From Minisyncoccota bacterium (GTDB lineage Bacteria > Patescibacteriota > Minisyncoccia > Phycocordibacterales > UBA2100), in assembly GCA_022842645.1 (NCBI GenBank), contig JALHPE010000001.1, positions 199,711 to 263,710 of the forward strand: DNA of 64,000 nt. The letters are read 5' to 3'. The number at the start of each line of letters is the position of its first letter. Position 1 is the stretch's first letter. A program made the position numbers and the translations under genes. The notes under the pieces are model-generated. The model had not been told where the DNA came from and searched no databases. It saw only the letters and a list, made by a program, of their open reading frames with translations. Shown here piece after piece: positions 1 through 11,595 of the stretch.

Positions 1-594
1 AATAATGTCGGACTCAGCATATATCTCATCAAGAGCCGTATAGCGAGCCTCATCAGATTCGAGTGCCGTATTCGGAAAAAGATCATACATGAGCACTTTC
101 ATACCAAACGCCTTCGCGCGCGTAACCACATTTGCACCAATCGCCCCCGTGCCAATGACCCCGATTGTTTTTCCATAAAGGTCATCTCCCTCAAGCTCAG
201 GCGCCTTCTCAAACACGCCCGCGTTCATGTGTGTGAGTGACTCTGGAACGCGACGCGTGAGCGCAAGGAGGAGCGCAAAGGTGTATTCAGCAACCGTATG
301 CGCCCCGTAGCGAGGCACTGTGTTGAGTGCGATTCCTTTTTCCTTCAGAAATTCACTATCAATGTGATCAATGCCACTGGAGCGCGCAACCACGGCACGA
401 AGATTCGGCAAAAGTTGTATATCCTCTCGCGTAAGACGCGAGGAAACAAAGACAGAAACCACATCTGCATCACTATGGAGAAGAAGCGCATCGCGATTCA
501 CTGGTTCCTCAATGAAAAGAAGCTCGTGCTCTCCAAGCTCTCGTCCAAAGACCTCGCGCACTGTCGCGTCGGTATCAAAAATAAGTATTTTCAC
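1..594 (-). CDS. D-isomer-specific 2-hydroxyacid dehydrogenase (partial, C-terminus runs off window edge)
   Basis: Reverse-strand translation gives MKILIFDTD...GKTIGVIGTGAIGANVVTRAKAFGMKVLMYD, a classic NAD-binding GxGxxG Rossmann motif of D-2-hydroxyacid dehydrogenases. GTG start around 592-594. Confidence 0.6.
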   Translation of the reverse strand, partial: MKILIFDTDATVREVFGRELGEHELLFIEEPVNRDALLLHSDADVVSVFVSSRLTREDIQLLPNLRAVVARSSGIDHIDSEFLKEKGIALNTVPRYGAHTVAEYTFALLLALTRRVPESLTHMNAGVFEKAPELEGDDLYGKTIGVIGTGAIGANVVTRAKAFGMKVLMYDLFPNTALESDEARYTALDEIYAESDII

Positions 595-631
595 CGGCGT
601 ATTGTACCCACCCGAGCCAAACGCGCCAAGC

Positions 632-1048
632 CTACACCAACAACACAGACTTCACGCTCTCAAAAAACGCTTTGTCTTTGGGGTGTGTCAAAAGTCCCCC
701 CACCTGCTCGATCGGAACCCAGCGTGCCTCGGGATTCATCGGATCTTCTGGAGCAAGTGCCTGCTGCAATGTGCGAAACAAGAACATGTGAATGCGCTTA
801 AGCTCCCCCTCATCCTCCCCCACGCCTCCTTTGCCAATTCTGTAACGCTCATAGGATCCAAGCTCTCGTGCAAACGCCAATTCCGTAATCCCGGTTTCCT
901 CGCGCACCTCGCGCTCCGCCGCTTCGCGCGGCGTTTCCCCCGGATCAACATGCCCCTTCGGTAGCGACCACGAATCGCCTTTTTGGCTCACAACAGCAAC
1001 TTCATTGAGTGCATTGAGGACGATTCCGCCGGCGCTTTCTGTCACCAT
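632..1048 (-). CDS. NUDIX hydrolase
   Basis: 138 aa with Nudix box GHVDPGETPREAAEREVREETGI. Confidence 0.7.
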   Translation of the reverse strand: MVTESAGGIVLNALNEVAVVSQKGDSWSLPKGHVDPGETPREAAEREVREETGITELAFARELGSYERYRIGKGGVGEDEGELKRIHMFLFRTLQQALAPEDPMNPEARWVPIEQVGGLLTHPKDKAFFESVKSVLLV

Positions 1049-1152
1049 TACCGTAAGTATAGAACGAGATCGGAATCTTGTCGCCCAGAGAAAAGCCGCT
1101 GCTTAATTCGTATAAGCGGCCGTCTTCTGCACAATCTTAAAGCTTGGACTCA

Positions 1153-2574
1153 CTACTGATTCGCAATGACGTAGGCACGCGTCTTGGGTCCAAAATATCC
1201 ACTTGCTGGAACTATCTTTACCCCCTGCTGCATTTTTATAAGAGCAGCTTTAGTAGCATCGCCAAACATCATGGTCTCTGCACCCGGCGAACCAGGACCA
1301 GAAGCGGCAACAGCATAGCCATGGGAATTGAGCCACATCTGAAGAGCTCGGACGTCATCCCCCATCATGCCCCGATACAAATCCCTCTCGAAACTAGTAT
1401 TCGTATTGACGCGACTCCCTGTAGCTCCCGGCGCAGCGCTTGTGGAACCTTGGAGCGATCGTATTTTTGCAAGCAGACCTGCTAGTTGCGCCTGAAGCTG
1501 CTCGATGAGCGGAGCGTTCTTTTCTGGTGCGGTTGGAACATTCGTAGCTGTAGTAGTGACAATCGGCGATCGAGAAGTACCCCCTCCACCACCTCCTGTA
1601 GCACTTGAGCGAACGACGACCGTACGAGTTGCTGTACTCTCGTTACCTGCATCATCGGTCGCTGTATACGTCAATGTATATGTACCAGCTACGTTTGTAG
1701 TAACAGTTCCTGTCGTCGCAATAGTAACGCTCGAGTCAATACTATCAGTCGCCGTAGCCCCAGAGTCGGTGTAACTATTGTCCGATGCGCTCAATGCGGT
1801 TGTGTCAGGATTATTACCAAGCACTGTTATGGAAGGCCCGGTACGATCCACAACAACACGTGCCCCAGAGCTTACAAACGTCTGCGCAGTTGATGATGCA
1901 TTCCCCGCAAAGTCTACCGGTGTCACAGAGAAAGTGATTGCAGTGCCATCGGTATCACTTGAGGAGATGGTGGTTGAAGCCGTCCATGATGTCCCCGCTG
2001 CCCCACCGCTCAGGACTGACGCAGTCTGAGAGCCGATAGTTACACTCGGAGTAGAAAGTCCTTCGTTTGAAGTAAAGGTGAGTGTCACGACATTCCCAAC
2101 CTTCGCAAGAGTTGTCGAGCTGTTGTTTGATGCGATGGTCGTTGCAGATATGGATGGCGCTGTTTTGTCGAATCTCACATTTGCGCCAGTAAGGCTTGTC
2201 TGAGTAACAGTAGTCGTGGCTTCGCCTAAACTACCACCGAAAGCAATTCGGAATGTGAGAAACCCTTCCGTCCACGCGCTACTACTTGTCGTTGAATACG
2301 ACCACCAGGCGCCGCTCCCCGACATCGTCGTGGAGCCCATGTTGAAAATATTGATGATTGGTGTCGTGGTGGCACTAGGTGTTCCACTCAAATTGAGACC
2401 GAAGGTGATGGTGTCCCCGACCTTGGCGAGTGTGGTAGAGGCGTTCGAAGAGCTTGTTGTTGCTGTAACAACTGACAATGTTGCGGCGGCGGCTGATTGG
2501 GGAATGAAAGCGGCCGCAAACGCAAGCACCAGCCCGAGACACAAAGATACCGACATATATGAGGCGCGATACAT
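1153..2574 (-). CDS. Secreted Thr/Ser-rich repeat protein with C-terminal peptidoglycan-binding-like domain
   Basis: N-terminal signal peptide. Repeated TTLAKVG...T(L)TF modules. C-terminal LQMWLNSHGY...GDATKAALIKMQQ resembles a PG_binding_1 domain. A TATAAT -10 box lies about 45 nt upstream on the minus strand (plus coordinates about 2618-2625). Confidence 0.55.
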   Translation of the reverse strand: MYRASYMSVSLCLGLVLAFAAAFIPQSAAAATLSVVTATTSSSNASTTLAKVGDTITFGLNLSGTPSATTTPIINIFNMGSTTMSGSGAWWSYSTTSSSAWTEGFLTFRIAFGGSLGEATTTVTQTSLTGANVRFDKTAPSISATTIASNNSSTTLAKVGNVVTLTFTSNEGLSTPSVTIGSQTASVLSGGAAGTSWTASTTISSSDTDGTAITFSVTPVDFAGNASSTAQTFVSSGARVVVDRTGPSITVLGNNPDTTALSASDNSYTDSGATATDSIDSSVTIATTGTVTTNVAGTYTLTYTATDDAGNESTATRTVVVRSSATGGGGGGTSRSPIVTTTATNVPTAPEKNAPLIEQLQAQLAGLLAKIRSLQGSTSAAPGATGSRVNTNTSFERDLYRGMMGDDVRALQMWLNSHGYAVAASGPGSPGAETMMFGDATKAALIKMQQGVKIVPASGYFGPKTRAYVIANQ

Positions 2575-2717
2575 ATATTTTTGAATGGTTCTAAGATAGT
2601 AAAGAAAACAGTTACGCGTATTATACGTCCCCTACGAGCGTTTTATGCCACACTCACTCAAAGTGTGTGGATACACATTACTTAGAAAAACTAGATTTTG
2701 TTGAAGGGGTGGAATTC

Positions 2718-2758
2718 TTCAGAATCGAAATTCTCGTCAGAATTTCAATTCTGAAGCC
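2718..2758. promoter_or_regulatory. Approximately 40-bp nested palindrome (cttcagaatNgaaattct...agaatttcNattctgaag)
   Basis: Near-perfect inverted repeat read directly from sequence. Intergenic position. Candidate operator or cruciform site. Confidence 0.3.
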
Positions 2759-2861
2759 GGGATTTTGCGATCCATTCTGGTGAATGGATGCCTCCCAAAA
2801 TCCTGCAATTCCCATCACGAAGCGCACAGGTGCTTCGCTCCCCACGCAAAAGCAAAAAAAA

Positions 2862-2895
2862 GAAAAATGCCCTCAAGGGGCACTTTTCTTTTGGC
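2862..2895. terminator. Hairpin (gccctcaaggggc) flanked by A- and T-runs; possible bidirectional intrinsic terminator
   Basis: GC stem followed by ttttctttt on plus strand and preceded by an A-run. Confidence 0.3.
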
Positions 2896-2899
2896 TTGT

Positions 2900-2935
2900 T
2901 GCGGGGGCGGGAATTGCACCCGCGACCTTGAGGTT
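2900..2935 (-). ncRNA. tRNA-like T-arm / acceptor 3' element (GGTCGCGGGTGCAATTCCCGCCCCCGCAACA); full RNA not resolved
   Basis: 5-bp GCGGG/CCCGC stem with a 7-nt loop, followed by a C-rich 3' strand. No matching 5' acceptor strand or D/anticodon arm could be folded by eye. Sits in a 700-bp ORF-free region. Confidence 0.15.
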
Positions 2936-3296
2936 ATGCATACTACTTCGGCTTTCGCCGCTCTTTTACAAGATTCGTAGTCTGGACTATGCCTTCATCC
3001 GTTTCCTTTTTGAGGAATGAGGATGCTCGCCATCTAGTCTCTACACCTTCCCTGCTTCGCTAGCAGCTAGCAGGACTTGGCTCGGCATTATCACCTCTTT
3101 CGAGAAGACTTCACCGAATTTGACGAGTGTTCCACCGTCCGTTTCCAGGCGGCGAGCCCATTCTTGAGCCTCACGAGCTACTACTGCTCCACCCCGCTAT
3201 ACACCAATGGAAAAACCATCAGTACTGGCGAGTATATCATCCCGTACTATATCGGCAAATGTAGACAACAGAAAGCATAAATGACTACCTCGTGAT

Positions 3297-3995
3297 ATGA
3301 TACATATAATGGCTTCAACGATAAAACGTGATGAGGCACGAGCGTTGCGAGGACGAGGTGAAAGCATAAACACCATCGTCGCACACACGGGCATTAGCAA
3401 GAGTACCGTCAGTTATTGGTGCCGAGACATTCCCCTTTCAAAATCCCAACGGGAAGCGTTAGCAAAAAAGCAAAGTATCGGGGGCATGCTGGGACGATTG
3501 CATGCCGCCGAAAAGAAACGGGCACAACGGCTTGAGTCTGTAAAAGTAGATATGGCACGTGGTGCGCGTGACGTAAAGTCACTTTCAGATCGAGATATTT
3601 TCATGCTAGGACTTGGACTATATTGGGGCGAAGGATATAAGAATGGAAATGAGGAATGCGCTCTTACAAATTCAGATCCCGGTGTAATACAAGCTTTTAT
3701 TCGTTGGGCACGGAGCGCATATGGAATACGGCATACAGATCTAATTTTGCGCGTTTCAGTAAACGAAGCTCATAGAAGTAGAGTAGGTGCTATTGAAAAA
3801 TACTGGTCGCAGATTACCAGTGCCCCCCTTTCCCAATTCACAAAAACAAGCCTCATTCATACAAAGACAAAGAAACACTACGCAAATCATGAGAACCATT
3901 TCGGTACATTACGAGTGAAGGTGCGCAAAGCCACCTCCCTACGACGGAGAATACTCGGCTCAATAGAAGCTCTCCGTAAAATACACGCTAAATGA
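3297..3995 (+). CDS. Hypothetical protein with N-terminal helix-turn-helix and a LAGLIDADG-like motif (MLGLGLYWGEGYK)
   Basis: 232 aa. N-terminal ARALRGRGESINTIVAHTGISKSTV is HTH-like. A single LGLxxGEG motif resembles single-motif LAGLIDADG homing endonucleases. Locally lower GC. Confidence 0.35.
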   Translation: MIHIMASTIKRDEARALRGRGESINTIVAHTGISKSTVSYWCRDIPLSKSQREALAKKQSIGGMLGRLHAAEKKRAQRLESVKVDMARGARDVKSLSDRDIFMLGLGLYWGEGYKNGNEECALTNSDPGVIQAFIRWARSAYGIRHTDLILRVSVNEAHRSRVGAIEKYWSQITSAPLSQFTKTSLIHTKTKKHYANHENHFGTLRVKVRKATSLRRRILGSIEALRKIHAK

Positions 3996-4569
3996 ATCCA
4001 AATTCTTCAAAGATGCGTTTATAGAGACCGATCACGCGATTTTTTTCGCGCTCGGTAAGAGGAGATTCCGAGCCTTCGTGTGCAACTTTATTGCGCACTT
4101 TGTGCGCCTCCCACGCATCGTCAATTGAATGAAAATCTGCCGGATTAACCCGCTTCATTTTCTCCGACATCGTCTCCCCTTTATAACCCTTAAGATCAAG
4201 AAGTTCATTCAACATGATATCGGCCTCAAGGATCGCGAGACGCCATTGGTGCTCGTCGGGAGAGGCTGCGTGCTCCATGACACGCGCCCAGCGCAGCTGC
4301 GTGCGCGGCACATCTTCCGCCTCAACAGTATGCGCGTGCTTGTGGAAGTGCGCGTACTCGATGCGACGAATCGCCATGATGCGGAGCATGCAATAAATGA
4401 TACCAACGGCGAATAAGAGGGTCACGACAACAGAGATCGGATATACTGGCCCCCAAAAACCCTGTATTGTTTCCCATTTCCATCCAGTGACGAATTCTTC
4501 ACGGATGATTTCTTCCCATCGCGGCTTCTCTGTTGCAGAAAACACTGTTTCAAAAGCACCTGGCTCCAT
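3988..4569 (-). CDS. Hypothetical membrane protein
   Basis: 193 aa with one central TM helix (VVVTLLFAVGIIYCMLRIMAI). No recognisable motif. Confidence 0.45.
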   Translation of the reverse strand: MEPGAFETVFSATEKPRWEEIIREEFVTGWKWETIQGFWGPVYPISVVVTLLFAVGIIYCMLRIMAIRRIEYAHFHKHAHTVEAEDVPRTQLRWARVMEHAASPDEHQWRLAILEADIMLNELLDLKGYKGETMSEKMKRVNPADFHSIDDAWEAHKVRNKVAHEGSESPLTEREKNRVIGLYKRIFEEFGFI

Positions 4570-4595
4570 AGTACGAGTATACCGTGCCTATCTGT

Positions 4596-6014
4596 CTACG
4601 AGTGAACTTTCTCAACAACTGCACCAATCGTGCAGAGGTTCTCTTCCGCACCATGTGCACCGATAAGTTGGAATCCAACGGAAAGATTCTTTCCTTCACG
4701 AGCGACAGTGCTTACCGGCACCGATAGTGCCGGCACACCAGCCAAGTTGACCGGTACCGTAAAGATGTCGGCAGCATACAGTGAAACAGGATCAGCTTTT
4801 TCGCCAAGCTTCCACGGAAGAATAGGAGACGTTGGTGTTGCAATTGCATCCACCTCCTGAAATACATCTGCCATTTCAGCGCGAATCAGAGAGCGCACGG
4901 CTCGTGCCTTACGATAGTAGGCGTCAGCGTAGCCCGACGAGAGCACAAATGTGCCGACAAGAATACGGCGCCGCACTTCGGGGCCAAACCCTGCGCCGCG
5001 CGTCTTCGAATACACGCCACCAATATCATCCGCAGGAACTGAAAGCCCATAGCGAATACCGTCGTATCGCGCAAGATTCGTCGATACTTCCGCCGGATTC
5101 ACGATGTAATACACCGCAAGTGCATGCTGGAGGGATGGTAGTTCAATGTCGCGCACTTCGTACCCTTCCTCGCGAAGTGTCTCGAGTGCCTGTTCAAAAG
5201 ACGCGAGCACTTCGGGATCCACACCCTTGGCAAGAAGTGAGCGCGGTACACCAATGACTTTTTTAAGCGGACGCGCAGGATACAGCGATTCCGAAACAGA
5301 TGTGCCATCATGCTCATCGCGCCCGCGAATTGCCTTAAAAAGCATATGCACATCGGCAACACTCTTCCCCATGGGACCAATCTGATCGAGCGATGAGGCG
5401 GCGGCCATGAGTCCAAAGCGCGAGACAGAGCCGTAGGTAGTCTTCAAACCAACAATGCCGCAAAACGATGCGGGCTGACGAATGGAACCCCCGGTATCCG
5501 ACCCAAGTGCGAGAAGCGCGAGATCAGCTGCAACCGCGGCGGCGGAGCCGCCGGAAGTCCCGCCAGGCACGCGAGTCGTATCGAGTGGATTTTTCGTGGG
5601 ACCAAATGCGGAGTTTTCTGTCGAGCCACCGAGCGCAAACTCATCCATATTAGTACGGCCAAGAAACACTGCGCCCTCTTCTTTCAATTTCTTAATAACG
5701 GTTGCGTCGTACGAAGCTCGATAGTTCTCAAGCATTTTCGAAGCCGAGCTCGCGATTCGCCCCTCAATGAGGATGTTGTCTTTAACCGCAATAGGAACTC
5801 CGGTAAACATCGAGGCCTCGCCACGCGCAATTCGCTCATCTGCAGCGCGCGCTTCCGCGCGCGCCTGTTCTGCCCAGACCTCAAGATATGCATGGAGCTC
5901 GGTATCCTTCACCTTAATTGTATCAAGATAGGCGTTCGTAAGTTCGAGCGCCGAAAACTCCTTCGCATCGAGTGCACGACGAGCTTCCGCGACAGAAAGT
6001 GCAGCAAGATTCAT
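4596..6014 (-). CDS. gatA: Glu-tRNA(Gln) amidotransferase subunit A
   Basis: 472 aa. Amidase signature GGSSGGSAAAVA with Ser-cisSer-Lys context. Immediately downstream of gatC. Confidence 0.9.
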   Translation of the reverse strand: MNLAALSVAEARRALDAKEFSALELTNAYLDTIKVKDTELHAYLEVWAEQARAEARAADERIARGEASMFTGVPIAVKDNILIEGRIASSASKMLENYRASYDATVIKKLKEEGAVFLGRTNMDEFALGGSTENSAFGPTKNPLDTTRVPGGTSGGSAAAVAADLALLALGSDTGGSIRQPASFCGIVGLKTTYGSVSRFGLMAAASSLDQIGPMGKSVADVHMLFKAIRGRDEHDGTSVSESLYPARPLKKVIGVPRSLLAKGVDPEVLASFEQALETLREEGYEVRDIELPSLQHALAVYYIVNPAEVSTNLARYDGIRYGLSVPADDIGGVYSKTRGAGFGPEVRRRILVGTFVLSSGYADAYYRKARAVRSLIRAEMADVFQEVDAIATPTSPILPWKLGEKADPVSLYAADIFTVPVNLAGVPALSVPVSTVAREGKNLSVGFQLIGAHGAEENLCTIGAVVEKVHS

Positions 6015-6016
6015 AT

Positions 6017-8316
<2,300 letters not shown>

Positions 8317-8342
8317 TTATCGCACTCACACACAAGGAGCTA

Positions 8343-8894
8343 CTAGTATGAAAGCTCCACCGAGCGCTGCAGCGCGCGACTTGAGGCGTCTATTTCAGAG
8401 CACACGGTCGAAAATCCATCAGCCTCGATCACGGTGCTACCAGTGGTCCTATTTTTTGTAACGGCAACGCGCGCACAATAGCCGTTTGGCTCATATTCAA
8501 ACGACATCGTATACACCGGCTGCCCCGCTGGTGGCGTCGGTGGCGTAATGACTAACGGCACGCTGTCGCATAATGGTGCGCCACTCGGTGTTGTTGAACT
8601 AAAATAACCAAATCGTACATCCCAATACAGCGCACACTCTGCGGCTGTGTCCGCGGCATAAAAGGCATATTGCGAACTACGCCCGAGCGAAGAAAGAATC
8701 ACTTGTTTTTGAGCTATAGAAAACACCGATATACCAAGAGCAAGTACCAAAGTAGCGACTAGTGCGGCAAGTAGAATGGTGAAGCCTCGTGAAGCAGGTG
8801 CTGGGTGGCAGGTGCTAGGTGTTAGGACATGCAAAAAGAAGGTTTTTGTCTTTCCCTGGAACCTAGCACCTAGAACCTGTAACCTGTTCATCAT
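8343..8894 (-). CDS. Type IV pilin-like pseudopilin with long leader peptide
   Basis: ...SRG|FTILLAALVATLVLALG prepilin-type N-terminus. ATG overlaps upstream stop (ATGATGA). Leader is encoded by heptad-repeat DNA. Confidence 0.6.
   Translation of the reverse strand: MMNRLQVLGARFQGKTKTFFLHVLTPSTCHPAPASRGFTILLAALVATLVLALGISVFSIAQKQVILSSLGRSSQYAFYAADTAAECALYWDVRFGYFSSTTPSGAPLCDSVPLVITPPTPPAGQPVYTMSFEYEPNGYCARVAVTKNRTTGSTVIEADGFSTVCSEIDASSRALQRSVELSY
8795..8888. repeat. Heptad-repeat array family A (CCTANNA / inverse AGGTGNT), inverted arms around an A/T-rich spacer; lies inside pseudopilin leader coding sequence
   Basis: caggtgctgggtggcaggtgctaggtgttagg ... cctggaacctagcacctagaacctgtaacctg. 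Confidence 0.6.
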
Positions 8895-9472
8895 ATGCCG
8901 TCGTCCACCCATCGGTGGAGATTCTCATAAATCGTAATAGTGCGCTCCTGCGACGTACCAGCATCCCAGGCAATGACAACCTCTATGCGAATTTCGTCTT
9001 GCGTTCCGTTCACGTATGAAACAGTCACCGTGCGTCGATATGGCGTATCGCTCCATCCCGCATTGTATCCATATAAGTCGCCATTCGTTTGAAGTCGAGA
9101 GCACTGTCCAGAACAAACTGTGATAGCGTTATTGCGCGTATCGATCACAAACGGAGTGCCAATAGGAATGCCACACAAGAGCGTTGTGGGGGAACACGTG
9201 ACAGAAGGATTGTTGAATGCAATACGCAAAATATTGCCGTCTCGAATCGCGCGCACGGATTCAATAGCTTCTTGCGCCAAGTTAAAAGCAACCACTTGAT
9301 CGCGCGCATAATACGAGGCTGAAAGCGATTGCATCGTCAGCGACATTGGCGCCACGATCGCAACGGTGAGAATAACGATGGCCACCATCGTTTCGATAAG
9401 GGTCATGCCTCGCGCCGAAGATGCTGCGCCCTCCTGATACTTGAGACTTGATACTTGATACTTGAATGTCAT
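8891..9472 (-). CDS. Type IV pilin-like pseudopilin
   Basis: Leader MTFKYQVSSLKYQEGAASSARG followed by MTLIETMVAIVILTVAIV (class III signal, Glu+5). Confidence 0.65.
   Translation of the reverse strand: MTFKYQVSSLKYQEGAASSARGMTLIETMVAIVILTVAIVAPMSLTMQSLSASYYARDQVVAFNLAQEAIESVRAIRDGNILRIAFNNPSVTCSPTTLLCGIPIGTPFVIDTRNNAITVCSGQCSRLQTNGDLYGYNAGWSDTPYRRTVTVSYVNGTQDEIRIEVVIAWDAGTSQERTITIYENLHRWVDDGI
9435..9466. repeat. Heptad-repeat array family C (CAAGTAT x4) inside pseudopilin leader coding sequence
   Basis: tgatacttgagacttgatacttgatacttgaa. Confidence 0.6.
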
Positions 9473-10161
9473 ATATCGAGTGCTCGTTGTACGGCGGTCG
9501 CCTGGATGTAGAAGGTACTGCGAACACGCGTGCTCTCCTCCCCTGCCGCACCTTTCACCACAATCACGACCTTCGGCTGTGTTGTGTCTTGCGGAGTAGA
9601 GCCAACAACATACATCTGCATTGACTCAATCTCCACCTCGGGAGAAGTGACAGGTATTGACGCGGCTCCTCCATTTTGAGATCGGTAGAGCCGTGGCCGT
9701 CCTTGTGCATCGTTTGCAATACTGTAGACAGTGCGTTCAGTTTGTGCGTTCGGGTTTGAGCCATACGGAGCAAACGAGAACACTGCTGGAATAGCGGTGA
9801 GCGGCGCAACTCCCTGAGCACAATCGCCCCAATTCGGCGCCTGTGGTATGGCGGTTGAGCCACAATTATAATGCGTGCCCATACGAATGGCGCGCACCAT
9901 ACTATCGAGCGAGATATTAAGATTATTCATCACACTTTCAAGAGAACGTGCTTTTCGATTTGCATCCACCAAAGAGAGGAGCGCGCCTACCGAGACGAGC
10001 ATAATCACACCGAAAAGAGCGATTGAGACCATCATTTCCACGAGAGTGAAGCCGCGGGGGTTAGGTTCTAGGCTCCAGGTTTTAGGTTTTAGGGAAAATG
10101 CACAAATGCATTTTTGTATTCCCTGCCCTCTAACACCTAACACCTGAGACCTGTTTTCCAT
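9469..10161 (-). CDS. Type IV pilin-like pseudopilin
   Basis: ...PRG|FTLVEMMVSIALFGVIM. 41-aa leader MENRSQVLGVRGQG..., paralogous to the leader of 8343..8894. Confidence 0.65.
   Translation of the reverse strand: MENRSQVLGVRGQGIQKCICAFSLKPKTWSLEPNPRGFTLVEMMVSIALFGVIMLVSVGALLSLVDANRKARSLESVMNNLNISLDSMVRAIRMGTHYNCGSTAIPQAPNWGDCAQGVAPLTAIPAVFSFAPYGSNPNAQTERTVYSIANDAQGRPRLYRSQNGGAASIPVTSPEVEIESMQMYVVGSTPQDTTQPKVVIVVKGAAGEESTRVRSTFYIQATAVQRALDI
10058..10152. repeat. Heptad-repeat array family A, inverted arms; inside pseudopilin leader coding sequence
   Basis: ggttaggttctaggctccaggttttaggttttaggg ... ccctctaacacctaacacctgagacctg. Confidence 0.6.
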
Positions 10162-10162
10162 A

Positions 10163-10756
10163 TTATTGAACCGCTATCTGGCCAGAAGCTTCAACATGTA
10201 CCTCAGCGCGCGCACCACGGGGTGACTCTAGAACAATGCGCACACGATCATCTGTTGGTATGCCCGCGGCCCGACGAATCAGTGCATCTGGCTCAGGACG
10301 GTAAAACATGATGTGGATCCCAGGAAGTCCGCAAGTTTCTATTGAACTCGAAGCATTGCGCGCACAGATATCAACAATCCTATAACCGCCCGCAAGCGTA
10401 ATTGTACGGACCGTCTCGCCTCCGTCGTAGACGCCGTTAGCGACTACATCCCCAAAGAGTTGATACACCGTCTGAGTCTCACCACTGGAAGGCACAAAAT
10501 ACATGCCGTACCCCACATCAAAATTTGAACCTGCAAAACGACGCACGGCAATGCCGTACACTTGTGCCTCACGCACCGTGAGCGCCATTTCATGCGCAAG
10601 ATTTTGCAAGATCACCCTATTGCCAAATCGCGTATTTGCAGAGAGTACTACCGAGGAAAGCACCATGAAAATCGCGGAAACTACCATCAGTTCTACAAGG
10701 GTAAACCCCCGAGAAACGATAGTATCGGCATGTGCGCGTGAAGAAGTGCAAACCAT
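10163..10756 (-). CDS. Type IV pilin-like pseudopilin
   Basis: ...SRG|FTLVELMVVSAIFMVL. True start probably downstream of the listed M (overlaps pilD stop). Confidence 0.55.
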   Translation of the reverse strand: MVCTSSRAHADTIVSRGFTLVELMVVSAIFMVLSSVVLSANTRFGNRVILQNLAHEMALTVREAQVYGIAVRRFAGSNFDVGYGMYFVPSSGETQTVYQLFGDVVANGVYDGGETVRTITLAGGYRIVDICARNASSSIETCGLPGIHIMFYRPEPDALIRRAAGIPTDDRVRIVLESPRGARAEVHVEASGQIAVQ

Positions 10757-11529
10757 ACAAGAAGAGTGCCAAAGATTAAAAACGGGCCAAAGGGCACCTC
10801 GCTCTTCATTGTAACCTTCTGTGCGGACTCCCCTGAACCTTGTGTGGGGGTAACGAGCGCACGTACGCTCGCCCCACGTTCTGAAGAGAAAAACACCAAG
10901 AGGAGTCCAATGATGGCCCCCGAAAGAAATGCATAAAAAAGCGCTAGAAATCCATACGGGCCCAAGAGAAACCCTATGCCGAGCGCAAACTTCACGTCAC
11001 CAAATCCCATCCATGCACCGCGCGAAAAAAAGTGGAGGGCAAAAAGTGGTGCGGCAACCGCAATTCCCCAACCAAGAGCGAGTACATACTGTTCATAGTC
11101 TGCGCCGACTTGTAAGAGCCAGACACACGTCAACATGAGCGCAAGTCCATTCCACGCCCAAACCCACGCGTTCGGCATAAGCATGTGGTAGAGGTCATAA
11201 ACCGCAATTGCAACAAGAAAGACCACCATCGCGCACGCGATGAGTTTGAGAAAGAGCGACATGACCGTGCTTCCAATAGCGAAAAAGCCAAGTCCCACAA
11301 CCATCTCAACGATTGGATATTGTACGGAGATAGGCGCATCACATGCGCGACAGCGCGCACGAAGGAACATCCACGAAAGAACCGGGATAAGATCCCGTAC
11401 CTCTAATTTTTTTCCACAGAGAGGGCATGCGCTCCTCCCCTTCAGAGCATCTGTACCCTCACGGAGAATCAGAACGTTTGTAAAACTTCCGATAATAAGC
11501 CCGAATCCAAGCCACACCAGTGCCAACAT
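10693..11529 (-). CDS. pilD: Prepilin peptidase (A24 family)
   Basis: 278 aa polytopic membrane protein. N-terminal CPLCG...C...CRAC zinc-binding cysteines and conserved DUF/peptidase A24 TM segments. Confidence 0.8.
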   Translation of the reverse strand: MLALVWLGFGLIIGSFTNVLILREGTDALKGRSACPLCGKKLEVRDLIPVLSWMFLRARCRACDAPISVQYPIVEMVVGLGFFAIGSTVMSLFLKLIACAMVVFLVAIAVYDLYHMLMPNAWVWAWNGLALMLTCVWLLQVGADYEQYVLALGWGIAVAAPLFALHFFSRGAWMGFGDVKFALGIGFLLGPYGFLALFYAFLSGAIIGLLLVFFSSERGASVRALVTPTQGSGESAQKVTMKSEVPFGPFLIFGTLLVWFALLHAHMPILSFLGGLPL

Positions 11530-11595
11530 AGCACCACTCTAGCACGCAAACACCCGCCTTTCGGCGGGTGTTTTTGAAACACGATTCTGAAGAAA

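Noticed and set aside
298-964. Plus-strand ORFs 298..801 and 371..964
   Set aside because: They are antisense to the clearly recognisable dehydrogenase (GxGxxG Rossmann) and NUDIX genes on the minus strand.
2900-3260. tmRNA (ssrA) spanning the ORF-free region on the minus strand
   Set aside because: The distal 5' segment could pair with the 3' CCCCGC strand (GCGGGG at plus-strand 3193-3198). However, no GGNUUCGAC-like D-loop analogue and no tag-peptide reading frame ending in ...AA-stop could be found in any frame, so the evidence is insufficient.
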